Part shown: positions 49,947 through 61,232 of the stretch, one piece after another
How the letters are laid out: each line of letters begins with the position of its first letter
How positions within the stretch are numbered: the first letter of the stretch is position 1
Source: Microcoleus sp.
GTDB taxonomy: Bacteria; Cyanobacteriota; Cyanobacteriia; Cyanobacteriales; Microcoleaceae
Direction: 5' to 3'
DNA length: 64,000 nt
Assembly: GCA_042408215.1 (NCBI GenBank)
Contig: JAYFMW010000008.1
Coordinates: 271,756-335,755 of the forward strand
Position numbers and translations under genes: made by a program
The notes under the pieces: generated by a model
What the model was told of the DNA's origin: nothing
Databases searched by the model: none
The model's input: the letters and a program-made list of their open reading frames with translations, nothing else

Positions 49947-50516
49947 TTAAACCTGCAAAATTTGTCGAGCCAAAGTGAAGTAAATCAAAACGCCGAGGAC
50001 ATCAACTGCTGTGGTAATAAAAGGAGCGGACATTAAAGCCCAGTCTAAACCCAAAGAACGAAATAAAAACGGCAGAGCAGAACCGGCAATAGAAGCTAAA
50101 ATTGCGATCGCCAACAAACTGATCCCCACTGCGATCGCCACTGCTAAATTCCCTTGTAGGGTGTAAGCCCAGCCAGTCGCTACCGTCCCCAATATAGAGC
50201 CTAACAGCGCTCTCGCCATCCCAGGAGCGAATAATTATCTGAAGAGGCCCCATTGCTGTAATTTCGTAGGTGTTCAAACCCTTTTGCGAGCAACGGTGAT
50301 TAAATCGGTCTAAAAATAATTGTCACCGCCGGATTGGACACCACCCAAGGTATAAATGACTTCGGCGATGTCAGGGAACTGCACCGGCTGCAAAATCGCT
50401 TTTGCTCCTTGAAAGTCTCGTTCCAGCAGAGCTTTTAACTGCGATCGTACTAATTCCCGCAATTCTTTTCGCGGGTAGGTGGGTAGCGAAGATAATTGAT
50501 AATTGTTTTCTGTCAC
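49947..50516 (-). pseudogene. mgtE: Magnesium transporter MgtE relic with several internal deletions
   Basis: N-terminal GAKAILQPVQ.PDIAEVI is fused to YTLGGVQSGGDNYF*. C-terminal LPFLFRSLGLD.ALMSAPFITTAVDVLG. CBS domains and most TM segments are missing. Confidence 0.8.
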
Positions 50517-50709
50517 AGACGACCCTCCTAAATCTCTGCTGCGCGCGTTCCTGAATCCAGTCTATAGCGTATTGACACCAATAGTTACAGTTATCAGACT
50601 TGCACGCAGGGGTGAGAAACCCGGTTGATTTTTTGATGCTTCACCACCAAAACCAAGATGTATCCTAGAAACCGGGTTTCTTGGTGTTGTATTTTTTATA
50701 TGAATCTCC

Positions 50710-52446
50710 TTAAACCAACAATTGATATTTTTCTTCTGCCAAACGGTAAAGCGGCCGCCACACCAAACGGTTAGTCAATACAACCAACAGCGACATCACA
50801 GAAGTAGCAGCCAAAAGCAAGGGAAAATTCCCCGAAGCTGTCGCCTGAGAAATAGTTTCTCCCAAACCATCTGTAGTAATTATTTGACCTTTAAACTGCA
50901 CGTATTCGCTGACAATACTTGCATTCCAAGCACCGCCAACAGCGGTAATAATTCCTGTAATTAAATAGGGGAATATTCCTGGCAAAATCAAGCTTTTCCA
51001 CCGCTGAAATAGGGAAAGTTTATAAACTTGTGCAGCTTCAAATAACTCCGAAGGTATCGCTTGAGCGCCGGCAATCACATTAAACAGCAAATACCACATA
51101 GTACCCAACATCATCAACGCCACTGAACCAATTTGCAAGCCACCTCCAGCCTGAATTAAAGCTAGCAATAATACTGGGAATAAAGCCGTTGCTGGTACAG
51201 AAGCAGCTATTTGTACTAAAGGCTGCAAAATCTGAGCCAAACGCGGATTTCGACCGATCGCCACTCCGACTGGTACTGTCCACAACAGCGATAAAAATAG
51301 GGCGCAAATGACTCGCAAAGCTGTGAAAATTGCACCTCCTATGACTTTTTGCCAGTCGGACAAACTCAGCATTCGCAGCAACAGCACGGCTTCCCAAGTT
51401 CCCCAAAGCACAATGACGGCAAACCCGCTGACAAATATCCAATTAATCCAATTTCCGATGCGACTTTTTTGTTTGGGATTTATTGGTAAATTAGCGGGTG
51501 CAAAAGCTCTGACTAAACCGCGATCGAAACTGTCGCCGATCGGCGAAATGCGCGACTTCAACACCCGCAGCGTCGCCGATCGCCTGAAAAAATCCAATAC
51601 ATTTGACTGGGGTACATTAGCAGATTCTACGGCTTGATATTTAAACTTTTCTACCCAAGCAATCAAAGGCTGCCATACAAAAAAGTCAATGGCTATAATC
51701 ACACCGATTAAGACTCCTAAACCCCAGCCGATCGCGCCAAAATTGCCTTCATTAGCTGCCTTGCCTAAATAGGAACCGAGTCCCGGCAGTTGAAAGTTTT
51801 TGTCACCCAAAGTAAAAGACTCGATCGCAATCAAAAAGAACCAACCGCCAGCCACTGACATGACGCTATTCCACACCAGTCCGATCGCACCAGCGGGCAA
51901 CTCTAACGTCCAAAACTGCTGCCAAGCATTGAGTCGGTAAACTTTAGCAGCTTCCTTAAGTTCTCGCGGAATGCCGGAGAGAGACTGATAGAAACTAAAG
52001 GTCAGATTCCAAGTCATCCCTGTAAATATGAGGATAACTGATGCTATTTCTACGCCGATTCTTTGACCGGGAAATAAAGTAATTAGCGCTAAAACAACTC
52101 CCGGTAAAAAAGATAAAACCGGAATTGACTGCAAAATATCTAATAAGGGAATTAAAATTTTTGCAGCAAGGGGAGAGCGGTAAGCAGAATAAGCATAAAC
52201 TAGGGTAAACAAGAGCGATAAAAAATAGGCTACTGCCATACGCAAAAGAGTCTGGGCTGTATATATTGGCAAGACACTTAGCGTCGTCTCAATTTTGTAA
52301 GTGGGGTTGTAGTCACCAGTGAATTGAGATGCTGTTTGGACAATTACCAAAATTAGAGACAAAATTGCTAAAATTAGCAAGCCATCTTGCCAAGTCCAAG
52401 TCGATCTTTCTAGAGTTTTATTGGCGGGTGTTAGAGGTCTTGTCAT
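50710..52446 (-). CDS. NitT/TauT-family ABC permease (duplicated TM domains)
   Basis: LDILQSIPVLSF, QIAASVPATALFP, two EAA loops. Confidence 0.9.
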   Translation of the reverse strand: MTRPLTPANKTLERSTWTWQDGLLILAILSLILVIVQTASQFTGDYNPTYKIETTLSVLPIYTAQTLLRMAVAYFLSLLFTLVYAYSAYRSPLAAKILIPLLDILQSIPVLSFLPGVVLALITLFPGQRIGVEIASVILIFTGMTWNLTFSFYQSLSGIPRELKEAAKVYRLNAWQQFWTLELPAGAIGLVWNSVMSVAGGWFFLIAIESFTLGDKNFQLPGLGSYLGKAANEGNFGAIGWGLGVLIGVIIAIDFFVWQPLIAWVEKFKYQAVESANVPQSNVLDFFRRSATLRVLKSRISPIGDSFDRGLVRAFAPANLPINPKQKSRIGNWINWIFVSGFAVIVLWGTWEAVLLLRMLSLSDWQKVIGGAIFTALRVICALFLSLLWTVPVGVAIGRNPRLAQILQPLVQIAASVPATALFPVLLLALIQAGGGLQIGSVALMMLGTMWYLLFNVIAGAQAIPSELFEAAQVYKLSLFQRWKSLILPGIFPYLITGIITAVGGAWNASIVSEYVQFKGQIITTDGLGETISQATASGNFPLLLAATSVMSLLVVLTNRLVWRPLYRLAEEKYQLLV

Positions 52447-52459
52447 AAAAATTAGTTAT

Positions 52460-52731
52460 TGGGTATGGGGCATGGGGAATTGGGAATGGGGAATGGGGAA
52501 TTGGGCATTGTTAGCTGTTGAGTGTTAACTGTTAACCGTTAGCTGTTAAGCGTTAACCGTTAACCGTTAACCGTTAACTGTTAGCTGTTAACCGTTAACC
52601 GTTAACTAATGACTAATGACTGCTGACTAATGACTGCTGACTAATGACTGCTGACTAATGACTACTGACTAATGACTGCTGACTAATGACTGCTGACTAA
52701 TGACTACTGACTAATGACTACTGACTACTGA
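52460..52731. repeat. Mixed heptameric STRR arrays (gggaatg, ccgttaa, actaatg/actgctg)
   Basis: Tandem 7-mers between the ABC genes. Confidence 0.9.
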
Positions 52732-54052
52732 CTTCGGATTCTAAGAAAATTTCGCCGCCCGGTTCATCGTAACTATATAACTCCGCATAGCGACCCCAGT
52801 CAATAGCAGTTTTCAATTGCCGCATTGCTTCTTGGGGGCTAAAGTGGGCTTCCAGAATATCCAGAATCAATTCTTCAGAAATACGTTGATTTCGCTTGGC
52901 TTGAAGCATCCGAGAAATCTGCTGTACTAGGCGAATATTGCTAAGAATTTGGGTGCGAACAATTTGTTTTCGCTGATCGATTCCACCGGCAATGAACTGA
53001 AGACCAACAGGAGTGAGGAGGAGGTCGCCTTCTTGAATTGCCAGAAAATCCATTATTTTTGCGGCTTCAACGATCGGCAAAATGTCATCAACCTCTAACA
53101 TTAATTCTTGGCCAAGCCGATAGAGGTCTTTCTCCTTGCGGTCTTCTAATAGTTCTAAAAGACCTGCAACTGCGCCAATTCGCACTTGTGGTAGGGATTG
53201 GTATTTAGTGCTTTGAGCGGGTTGAGGTTGAGATACGGTAGTGGCTGGGGGCGACTCGGTTTCGCAACTCAAATCGGGATTGGTAAGAATTTTGTAAACC
53301 TGGTCTACGATGGCTTGGAATTGCGGAGTTTTGCGATCGCGATAGTGTGGCAAAGTCACGGTCAATTCGGCGCGAATTCGCCCCGGATTGCGGCCCAAAA
53401 CTACAACCCGATCGGCTAAAATTACTGCTTCTTCAATCCCGTGAGTCACGATGAGTACAGCTTTAGTAGGAATCTTCTTTTCTAACCACAAATCTAATAA
53501 TTCAAACCTTAAGTTTTCTGCGGTTAGTACGTCTAAAGCTGAAAACGGTTCGTCCATGCAGAGCAATTCTGGTTCCACAGCCAAAGCTCTAGCAAATCCA
53601 ACCCGCTGCCGCATCCCCCCCGAAAGTTCTTTCGGATAAGCATTTTCAAATCCGTCTAAACCGATAATATCAATCATTCGCAAGGCTTTTTGTTGGCGCG
53701 GTTCTGGCAATTCTCCTTTAGCTTTTAAGCCTAATTCTACATTTTCTAGTACCGTCAGCCAGGGATAAAGGGCAAAGTTTTGAAATACAATTGCCACCCC
53801 AGGATTCAAGCCTACCAAAGGACGATTGTGGTAGAGAACTTGACCATCGCTGGGCGGGATTAGTCCGGCAATCATCCGCATTAATGTTGATTTCCCAGAA
53901 CCCGACGGGCCGAGCAGAGCTACTATTTCGCCCGATCGCAACTCTAAATTAATTGGCTCTAAAATAGAGATTTTTTGACCGTTGGGCTGCTGGTAAACCT
54001 TGCTGACGCCTTCTAAGGTAATGAGGCACTCTGTTGCTGTTTTGACGACCAC
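52718..54052 (-). CDS. NitT/TauT-family ABC ATPase with a C-terminal AAA-associated domain
   Basis: GPSGSGKST, LSGGMRQRVG, MDEPFSALD, C-terminal IDWGRYAELY. Confidence 0.92.
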   Translation of the reverse strand: MVVKTATECLITLEGVSKVYQQPNGQKISILEPINLELRSGEIVALLGPSGSGKSTLMRMIAGLIPPSDGQVLYHNRPLVGLNPGVAIVFQNFALYPWLTVLENVELGLKAKGELPEPRQQKALRMIDIIGLDGFENAYPKELSGGMRQRVGFARALAVEPELLCMDEPFSALDVLTAENLRFELLDLWLEKKIPTKAVLIVTHGIEEAVILADRVVVLGRNPGRIRAELTVTLPHYRDRKTPQFQAIVDQVYKILTNPDLSCETESPPATTVSQPQPAQSTKYQSLPQVRIGAVAGLLELLEDRKEKDLYRLGQELMLEVDDILPIVEAAKIMDFLAIQEGDLLLTPVGLQFIAGGIDQRKQIVRTQILSNIRLVQQISRMLQAKRNQRISEELILDILEAHFSPQEAMRQLKTAIDWGRYAELYSYDEPGGEIFLESEVSSQ

Positions 54053-54166
54053 GACTAAACCCCCTCGCTTGTTGTTTAAATTTAGTTATTAGTCAGTAGT
54101 CATCAGTCAACTGTCATCAGTCAAAAATTCTATCTAACTGATAACTGACAGCTAATAACTGACAAG

Positions 54167-55368
54167 TTACTGCCGACTATTTGGTCGATCGTCCGCGACG
54201 GGCAATCTCTTTTTTACCAGGAATAAGACTGGAAGAGCAGCGAGTTGGAGCGCAACTGAAAATACAACCAGACCAGTAATTGAGCGATCGTACAGAATTC
54301 CCATCGCCAAACTTCCCAGAAACCATGATAAGCCATAGCCTGTATTAAATATCCCATAGGCGGAACCTCTTTTGTCCGCAGGCACGAGTCCGGCTACAGC
54401 GGCTTTCAAAATCGATTCCTGGACTCCCATGCCCATACCCCATAAAGTCATTCCCAGCAATGCCCCCTGCCCGTTGCCGAAGAATACCAATGGGGCAAAC
54501 AGTGAAGACAAAAGGACTGCAAAGGTCAGGGCCGAGATGCCGATGCGATCGAACAAACGCCCAAAGACTAAAGCGGCTGCTGCGTCAACTGCCATAGCCC
54601 AAGCATAGAATAGCGGAATTTGGCTGTCAGAGGCGATTGCACTCCTGTGAAAGTGAAAAGCAATTAGCGGAAAATCTGCATAGCCCGCTCCTATGAGCCC
54701 TACAGCGCCTAGATAAACCCAAAATAGCCTCGGCAGACCTTCCCCTTTGATTTCAAACGCTCCTGGTTCAAAATCGCGGGGATTAGGATAAATTTGTTGA
54801 AGTACCAACAGCGCTGTCAGCTCCAAAAAAGCTGGCACAGCCAAAATCGCAAAGCCTGCCCGATAACCTAACTGGAAATAAAGCATTGCTGCGACAAGTA
54901 GTGGCCCCAGCGTGGCACCGATTTGATCGAGGGCTTCGTGGAAGCCAAAGCCAAAACCTTTGCCAACTTTGATAGCTGCGTGGGAAAGCAGCACGTCGCG
55001 GGCTGGAGTGCGAATTGCTTTGCCCGTGCGTTCAGCTATCATCAATGTGGCGGCTGCTTGCCAAGTTCCTGTTAAAGCTAAAAGTGGTACAGCGAGTGTA
55101 TTTATGAAATAACCGAGGGTTGTAATTTTCCAATACTGTCTAGTTTGGTCGCTGATGTAGCCCGTGAACAAGCGCAATCCATAGCCAATTAACTCGCCTG
55201 AACCTGCTACTAAACTTACTACAGTACCGCTAGCTCCCAAAGTTCCTAAATAAGCTCCGGTAATGCTGCGCGCGCCTTCATAGGTAGCATCGGCACAGAG
55301 GCTGACAATTCCTAGGAAGAACACAAACTTAGGGCAGATTTTTGATAAAGATCTTGATTTTATGTCAT
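54167..55368 (-). CDS. MFS transporter; 5' end uncertain (possible frameshift just upstream of 55324)
   Basis: ADATYEGARS, ERTGKAIRTPARD, GFHEALDQIGA. The ATG at 55368 (MTxNQDL/SKSA..) is not cleanly in frame with ORF 54167..55324. Confidence 0.8.
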
Positions 55369-55428
55369 GTTAGTAGTTGTCGAGCTATCTGAGGTAAATC
55401 GATTAATTAGATTGTTTATGAGCTGTAT

Positions 55429-55827
55429 CTATTTTCCTAAGCGAGCTAGAATGATACCTAACTGAACTGCGATTACTCCTAGTATGGCACTGCCAGCCCA
55501 GTAAAAAGTGGCCAAGCTGTAAGATCGATCGCGCCACAAAGCATTTGTCTCTAAACCGTAAGTTGAAAAAGTAGTATAAGCTCCCAAAAAGCCAGTTGTT
55601 ACCATTAACCGCACCTCCAGAGGAATAGTCGCCACCCGTTCTACAACTAGGGTGATAAAAAATCCCATAGCCAAGCAACCGGTGATGTTAATAAAAAAAG
55701 TTCCGTAGGGAAAAGCGGTGCTGAAACGGCTGGCAAACCACAAGGTGATATAATAGCGAGTTAAAGCGCCGGCGACTGCACCGAAACTAATGGCGATCGG
55801 CACTCGGAAATTGGGGTCTTGTAGCAT
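55429..55827 (-). CDS. crcB: Fluoride efflux channel CrcB/Fluc
   Basis: [34 protein letters not shown]. Confidence 0.93.
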   Translation of the reverse strand: MLQDPNFRVPIAISFGAVAGALTRYYITLWFASRFSTAFPYGTFFINITGCLAMGFFITLVVERVATIPLEVRLMVTTGFLGAYTTFSTYGLETNALWRDRSYSLATFYWAGSAILGVIAVQLGIILARLGK

Positions 55828-55979
55828 CAAAAGATTTGAGATTTGAGATTGTAGATTTATACCACAGATTGAAGCGAATTTCAAGATTTGCGGGTTAAAA
55901 ATAAAAAATTAAAGTGCGCTAAACCGTACCTGGAAATTGACGGTATTCTACACAGCCTCTGAAATTTGGTAGATACAAT

Positions 55980-57318
55980 TTGACATTCTCACCGGGCTGA
56001 AGCCACGGTGATTCTAAACATCACTGTTTAGGCTTCCTCTTTCGGCGATCCGACTTATTTAAAAGAGTTTCCTCATTCAAACTCTTGTCGATATCTCCAG
56101 AGGCGTTTGAGGTTTCCGTGTGCCCCACGGTACGCAATCCAAGTTCTAATATGTTGCGAGCGGCGTTCCAATCTCGGTCTAAAACGAATCCACAATGTGG
56201 ACAAATATGTGTTCTTTGACTTAATGACTTTTTCGCCACTTTCCCACAACTAGAACAATTTTGACTTGTATAGTGTGGCGGTACTGCAACAGTTGCCACC
56301 CCAAACACTTTGCCAAAATATTCAATCCAATTTCTAAAAGCTGTCCAAGCCGCATCTGATATCGACTTGGATAGCTTTTTGTTTTTGACCATGTTACGCA
56401 CCTGCAAGTCTTCATAGGCTACCAAGTCGTTAGACTGGACTACGCACCTTGCTAATTTCACAGCAAAGTCTTTACGCCGCCTGCTTACCTTGAGGTGTTT
56501 TCTACTTAAACAATTTCGAGCCTTGGCTCTATTTTTAGAACCTTTCTGCGTTCTAGAAAGTCTACAATTAAGCTTTTTTAACGATCTTTCGGACTTTCTT
56601 AGATGGCGCGGGTTCTCTACGGTGTTACCGTCAGAGTCTGTGTAGAAATGAGTTAGCCCTACATCCAAACCGATTGTTTTTCCGGTCGGCTCCCGCTTTT
56701 CGTTTCGTTCAGCGTCAATACAAAATTGCACGTAGTAGCCATCGGCTCGACGAACTACGCGCACTCGTTTAACTTGACTTAGCTGATAGAAATGTAGGTC
56801 ACGAGTTCCCCATAATTTAAAAATTCCGGCTTTAAATCCATCAGTGAAAGTTATATTTCGTCGGTCTTCAGAAAGCTTCCACCCACAGGTCTTGTATTCA
56901 ACAGAACCGTGCGTTTCATGCTTTTTGAAGTGCGGAAAACCTTTCTTTCCTGGTTTTGCCTTCTTGCAGTTGTCAAAGAATCGTGCAATCGCTGACCAAG
57001 CTCTTTCAGCAGAAGCTTGCCTTGCCATTGAGTTGAGTTTACTGGCCCAAGGAAATTCTTTGGCAAGAACTACGCAATAAGCGCTTAAGTCGTAGCGACC
57101 TACCCCTGGGGTATCCATCCAGTACCTGATGCAGCTATTACGAATGAAGCGAGCAGTACGAATGGCTTCGTCTAGCCGTTCGTACTGCTCGCTTTTCCCT
57201 TCTAGCTTGGCTTCAAATACTAACATTTACGTCGAGTGAGTGAATATAAAGACTATAACAGAGTTCTGGAGAAATTAAAGCCGTCCTATAAGGACGGGGC
57301 TTTAGACCCAGCTTTTTG
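55980..57318 (-). mobile_element. IS200/IS605-family element carrying tnpB only
   Basis: Right end tcaccgtggcttcagcccggtga followed by gaatgTCAA. Left-end hairpin gccccgtccttataggacggc follows TTAC (57319-57322). Confidence 0.88.
56021..57226 (-). CDS. tnpB: RNA-guided endonuclease TnpB
   Basis: GLDVGL, AYEDL, CSSC/CPHC zinc finger, DRDWNAA: intact D-E-D triad. Confidence 0.92.
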   Translation of the reverse strand: MLVFEAKLEGKSEQYERLDEAIRTARFIRNSCIRYWMDTPGVGRYDLSAYCVVLAKEFPWASKLNSMARQASAERAWSAIARFFDNCKKAKPGKKGFPHFKKHETHGSVEYKTCGWKLSEDRRNITFTDGFKAGIFKLWGTRDLHFYQLSQVKRVRVVRRADGYYVQFCIDAERNEKREPTGKTIGLDVGLTHFYTDSDGNTVENPRHLRKSERSLKKLNCRLSRTQKGSKNRAKARNCLSRKHLKVSRRRKDFAVKLARCVVQSNDLVAYEDLQVRNMVKNKKLSKSISDAAWTAFRNWIEYFGKVFGVATVAVPPHYTSQNCSSCGKVAKKSLSQRTHICPHCGFVLDRDWNAARNILELGLRTVGHTETSNASGDIDKSLNEETLLNKSDRRKRKPKQ

Positions 57319-57361
57319 GTAAACAACTATTGAATGCCGATCGAGATGATTGCTTAAGCTA

Positions 57362-57465
57362 TAGCGGTTCTCAAAAAAGTGAGGTATGCCCACGGAACCC
57401 TATGCCCTATGCGCCATGCCCCATGCCCTATGCCCAGTCGTACCTCATCTTTCTGAGAAAGGCTA
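57362..57465. mobile_element. MITE of the same family as 18907-19046, opposite orientation, with TA duplication
   Basis: TA|tagcggttctca...tgagaaaggcta|TA with an internal atgccct repeat. Confidence 0.8.
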
Positions 57466-57490
57466 TACTACTTTGAGGGAGAGTCCCGAA

Positions 57491-58348
57491 ATGAATCAAA
57501 TTAAAACTGCTGCTTTGTTAGGCTTGTTAAGTGCCCTGTTAATTACCGTTAGCTATTGGGTAATCGGCGGTACGGGAGGTGCAATTATCGGCATTGGTTT
57601 GGCCGCCGCCATGAATCTGGGTTCTTGGTTTTACTCAGATAAAATCGCTTTGGCGGCCTACGGAGCAGTGCCGGTAACTGCCAACCAAGCGCCCGGACTT
57701 TATGCAATGGTGGAAAGACTGTCGCAGCGCGCTAATTTACCCATGCCGGGAGTTTACACGATCCCCACTCCGTCTGCTAACGCTTTTGCTACCGGGCGCG
57801 ATCCCGAACACGCAGCGGTTGCAGTAACTGAAGGCATTTTGAATATGCTGTCAGAGGAGGAACTCGAAGGGGTAATCGCCCACGAACTCACTCACATTAA
57901 CAATCGCGACACGCTGACGCAAGCGGTGGCGGCAACGGTGGCGGGGGCGATTTCGTGGTTGACGGAAATGGCGAGTTATAGTATGTGGTTTGGTGGCAGG
58001 GACGATCGCAACGGCCCGAATCCTGTAGGGTTGCTGCTGACAATTATCCTCGCACCGGTGGCTGCTTCAGTCATTCAGCTAGCCATTTCGCGCACGCGGG
58101 AGTTTTCGGCGGATGCGGGCGCAGCCCGGTTAACGGGCAATCCAAGGGCTTTGGCGAGGGCTTTGCAGCGGTTGGAAAGTGGCGCGCGACAAATGCCTCT
58201 AAATGGTAATCCAGCTTTTGCACCGCTGTTGATTGTGAATTCGTCTGCTGGTGATTGGTTTAGAAGTCTGTTTTCCACTCATCCAACCACGGAAGCGCGG
58301 ATTGAAAATTTGATGAAGATGGAACAAGAATTGCTGAATTCTGATTAA
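57491..58348 (+). CDS. htpX: Zinc metalloprotease HtpX (M48)
   Basis: NAFATGR, HELTH, ISRTREF.AD, FSTHP. ATG 57491 follows GGAGAG. Confidence 0.92.
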   Translation: MNQIKTAALLGLLSALLITVSYWVIGGTGGAIIGIGLAAAMNLGSWFYSDKIALAAYGAVPVTANQAPGLYAMVERLSQRANLPMPGVYTIPTPSANAFATGRDPEHAAVAVTEGILNMLSEEELEGVIAHELTHINNRDTLTQAVAATVAGAISWLTEMASYSMWFGGRDDRNGPNPVGLLLTIILAPVAASVIQLAISRTREFSADAGAARLTGNPRALARALQRLESGARQMPLNGNPAFAPLLIVNSSAGDWFRSLFSTHPTTEARIENLMKMEQELLNSD

Positions 58349-58478
58349 ATGCTAGAATGAATTCAGGCGCTACACATCCAAATTTAGTGCAAGCATTGAT
58401 TCTGGCGCTACAGATACAAAATCTACCTACAGACTGTGGATTGTTTGCAAAACGTTTGCTAATCAGGAGATAATTAAG

Positions 58479-59066
58479 ATGACAGATCCAAATATGACCG
58501 AAGAAGAAATTATAGATGTAACTCCCGAAACGACGGCGATCGTTAAAAAGGAGATGCCAAACGCTACAGATGAAGCGATCGCCGAAACAGCCGTATTATT
58601 TGAAGCCCTTAAAAAACGGGCTGCGGCAGAAGTACAAGCAGCGGGGGATCTCACCCGTGAGGCTTACTTGAAAGCTGTGCGAAAAGCGCAGTTAGCCCTC
58701 GCCAAAAATAAGACGATCGCCAAAGAAAGAATGACAGATGCGGTGGGGTTGATTCAAAAGGAAGCTGAGAAAAATTGGCTGGTGGTTGATGCGATTAAAA
58801 CTCGCGCGCAATCACAGGTACAAGATGCAGGTGAAGTCAGTCGCGAGGCTTATTTGAAAGCGGTGCGCCAAGCGCGAGAAGCCGTAGAACAAAATCAGTT
58901 TATCGAACGCGATCGCATCGAACAAGCTGTTGACCAAATTCAGAAAGAAACTGAAAAGAATTGGCACGTTGTGGTTGGGGAAATTGAGTCGATCGGTAGT
59001 CGCTTGACAGAGGCGTCGAAATCTGCATTCCAGGCGCTAACCAAGTTTTTTGACAAGAAGCATTAA
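58479..59066 (+). CDS. Helical protein with an internal two-fold repeat
   Basis: KRAAAEVQAAGDLTREAYLKAVR / TRAQSQVQDAGEVSREAYLKAVR. Confidence 0.7.
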   Translation: MTDPNMTEEEIIDVTPETTAIVKKEMPNATDEAIAETAVLFEALKKRAAAEVQAAGDLTREAYLKAVRKAQLALAKNKTIAKERMTDAVGLIQKEAEKNWLVVDAIKTRAQSQVQDAGEVSREAYLKAVRQAREAVEQNQFIERDRIEQAVDQIQKETEKNWHVVVGEIESIGSRLTEASKSAFQALTKFFDKKH

Positions 59067-59143
59067 ACTCAGATATGGGATTATTCTCGCTTAACAGGTA
59101 ATATCAATTCCGGTTACATCGTAATTAATATTACCCGAAATCA

Positions 59144-59247
59144 GGACACGGCAGTGCCGTTTCCCTACAATGTTATTTTGGGGTAGGGAAACGGCATTGC
59201 CGTCTCCGAATTTAGAAATTAGGAGACGGCAGTGCCGTGTCCCTACA
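59144..59247. repeat. Three GTAG-type REP-like hairpins upstream of aspS
   Basis: gacacggcagtgccgtttccctac / gtagggaaacggcattgccgtctc / gagacggcagtgccgtgtccctac. Confidence 0.8.
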
Positions 59248-59293
59248 GCGCTATAATCAGAAAGCCTTATTTTTAGTCCACAAACCCCCAACC

Positions 59294-61081
59294 ATGAGAA
59301 CTTACTACTGCGGCGAACTGCGAAGCGAACACATCGGAGAAACTGTCACCCTTTACGGATGGGTGGATCGCCGCCGCGATCATGGCGGGGTGATTTTTCT
59401 GGATTTGCGGGATCGATCGGGTATCGTACAAATTGTCAGCGATCCCCAACGCACCCCCGATTCCTATCACGGGGCTGAGGCTTTGCGAAACGAATACGTG
59501 GTGAAAATTACAGGTAGAGTCACCAGCCGCCCCGAAGATTCCCTCAACCCCAAATTGCCTACGGGTGAAGTAGAAATTTACGCTGACGAGATTGAGTTGT
59601 TGAATGCGGTTCGCAAACAGTTACCGTTTCAGGTAGCGACGGCTGATAATGAAAGCGTGCGGGAAGATTTGCGCCTGAAATATCGGTATTTGGACTTGCG
59701 GCGCGATCGCATGAGTCGCAATTTGCAGCTTCGCCACCAAGTAGTCAAAGCGATGCGTCGCCACCTCGAAGATGTGGGAGGTTTCATTGAAGTTGAAACA
59801 CCGATTTTAACGCGATCGACTCCCGAAGGTGCGAGAGATTATTTAGTTCCCAGCCGCGTCAATTTAGGCGAATGGTACGCTTTGCCGCAGTCGCCGCAAT
59901 TGTTCAAACAATTGCTAATGGTTTCCGGTTTAGACAGATATTATCAGATTGCCCGCTGCTTCCGCGATGAAGATTTGCGCGCCGACAGACAGCCGGAATT
60001 TACGCAATTAGACATGGAAATGAGTTTCATGTCTTTGGAAGAAATTCTCGAATTAAATGAAGGTTTAGTCTGCCATATTTTCCAAAGTGTGAAAGGCGTG
60101 GAATTGCCTTGTCCTTTCCCCCGTTTGACTTACGCCGAAGCGATGGATCGCTACGGTAGCGACAAACCAGATACTCGCTTCGGTTTGGAATTAGTCGATG
60201 TTTCCGATTTGATGAAAGCTTCGGGATTTAAGGTGTTTTCCGGTGCAGTGGCTGCGGGCGGAATTGTGAAAATTTTGCCGATTCCGGGCGGGAACGATGC
60301 GATTTCTAATGTGCGGATTAAACCGGGTGGCGATTTGTTTAAGGAAGCCAGCGAAGCCGGTGCTAAGGGATTAGCTTATATCCGGGTGCGGGAGAATGGC
60401 GAAATTGATACGATCGGCGCAATTAAGGATAATTTGACAGAGGCTCAAAAACAGGAATTGCTCGATCGCACGGGCGCGCAACCTGGTCATCTGTTGTTAT
60501 TCGCAGCCGCTGATGTGACGACTGTCAATAAGACTTTGGATAGATTGCGTTTGGCGATCGGTCAAGAATTGGGATTGATTGACAAAGACAAGGTTAATCT
60601 GCTATGGGTGACAGATTTTCCAATGTTTGAATGGAATGCTGACGAGAAGCGTTTGGAAGCATTACACCATCCGTTTACTGCGCCGCATCCCGATGATATT
60701 GATGATTTGAAAACTGCGAGAGCTCAAGCTTACGATTTGGTATTAAATGGTACAGAAGTCGGTGGCGGTTCTCTGCGGATTTACCAGCGGGATGTTCAGG
60801 AAAGGGTGTTTGAGGCGATCGGTTTATCGACGGAGGAAGCTGATAATAAGTTTGGCTTTTTGTTGGATGCGTTTGAGTATGGAACTCCGCCGCATGGAGG
60901 AATTGCTTATGGTGTCGATCGCCTGGTGATGCTGTTGGCTGGTGAGGAGTCGATTCGTGATGTAATTGCTTTTCCGAAGACGCAGCAAGCGCGTTGTTTG
61001 TTGGCGAATGCGCCGTCTGGTGTGGATGAGAAGCAGTTGAAGGAGTTGCAGGTGCGATCGACTTATGTAGCCAAAACATAG
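59294..61081 (+). CDS. aspS: Aspartate-tRNA ligase
   Basis: [49 protein letters not shown]. Confidence 0.97.
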   Translation: MRTYYCGELRSEHIGETVTLYGWVDRRRDHGGVIFLDLRDRSGIVQIVSDPQRTPDSYHGAEALRNEYVVKITGRVTSRPEDSLNPKLPTGEVEIYADEIELLNAVRKQLPFQVATADNESVREDLRLKYRYLDLRRDRMSRNLQLRHQVVKAMRRHLEDVGGFIEVETPILTRSTPEGARDYLVPSRVNLGEWYALPQSPQLFKQLLMVSGLDRYYQIARCFRDEDLRADRQPEFTQLDMEMSFMSLEEILELNEGLVCHIFQSVKGVELPCPFPRLTYAEAMDRYGSDKPDTRFGLELVDVSDLMKASGFKVFSGAVAAGGIVKILPIPGGNDAISNVRIKPGGDLFKEASEAGAKGLAYIRVRENGEIDTIGAIKDNLTEAQKQELLDRTGAQPGHLLLFAAADVTTVNKTLDRLRLAIGQELGLIDKDKVNLLWVTDFPMFEWNADEKRLEALHHPFTAPHPDDIDDLKTARAQAYDLVLNGTEVGGGSLRIYQRDVQERVFEAIGLSTEEADNKFGFLLDAFEYGTPPHGGIAYGVDRLVMLLAGEESIRDVIAFPKTQQARCLLANAPSGVDEKQLKELQVRSTYVAKT

Positions 61082-61232
61082 GTATGTGAAACAGCTTCAA
61101 TGAATAGTGGATGGGTGGCGAGAAACCGGGTTTTTTCCAGAATACTCGTCACACCTCCCAGAAACTGCGAAAAACCCGGTTTCTTTGATTTGCGGGTAAT
61201 CAGAAATTCACAAATGATTTAGGATTGCTATA

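Noticed and set aside
55828..55979. Fluoride riboswitch upstream of crcB
   Set aside because: No GATGGxGTTCxCC...GCTxATGAC-like core is recognisable on the minus strand. An Rfam scan would be decisive.
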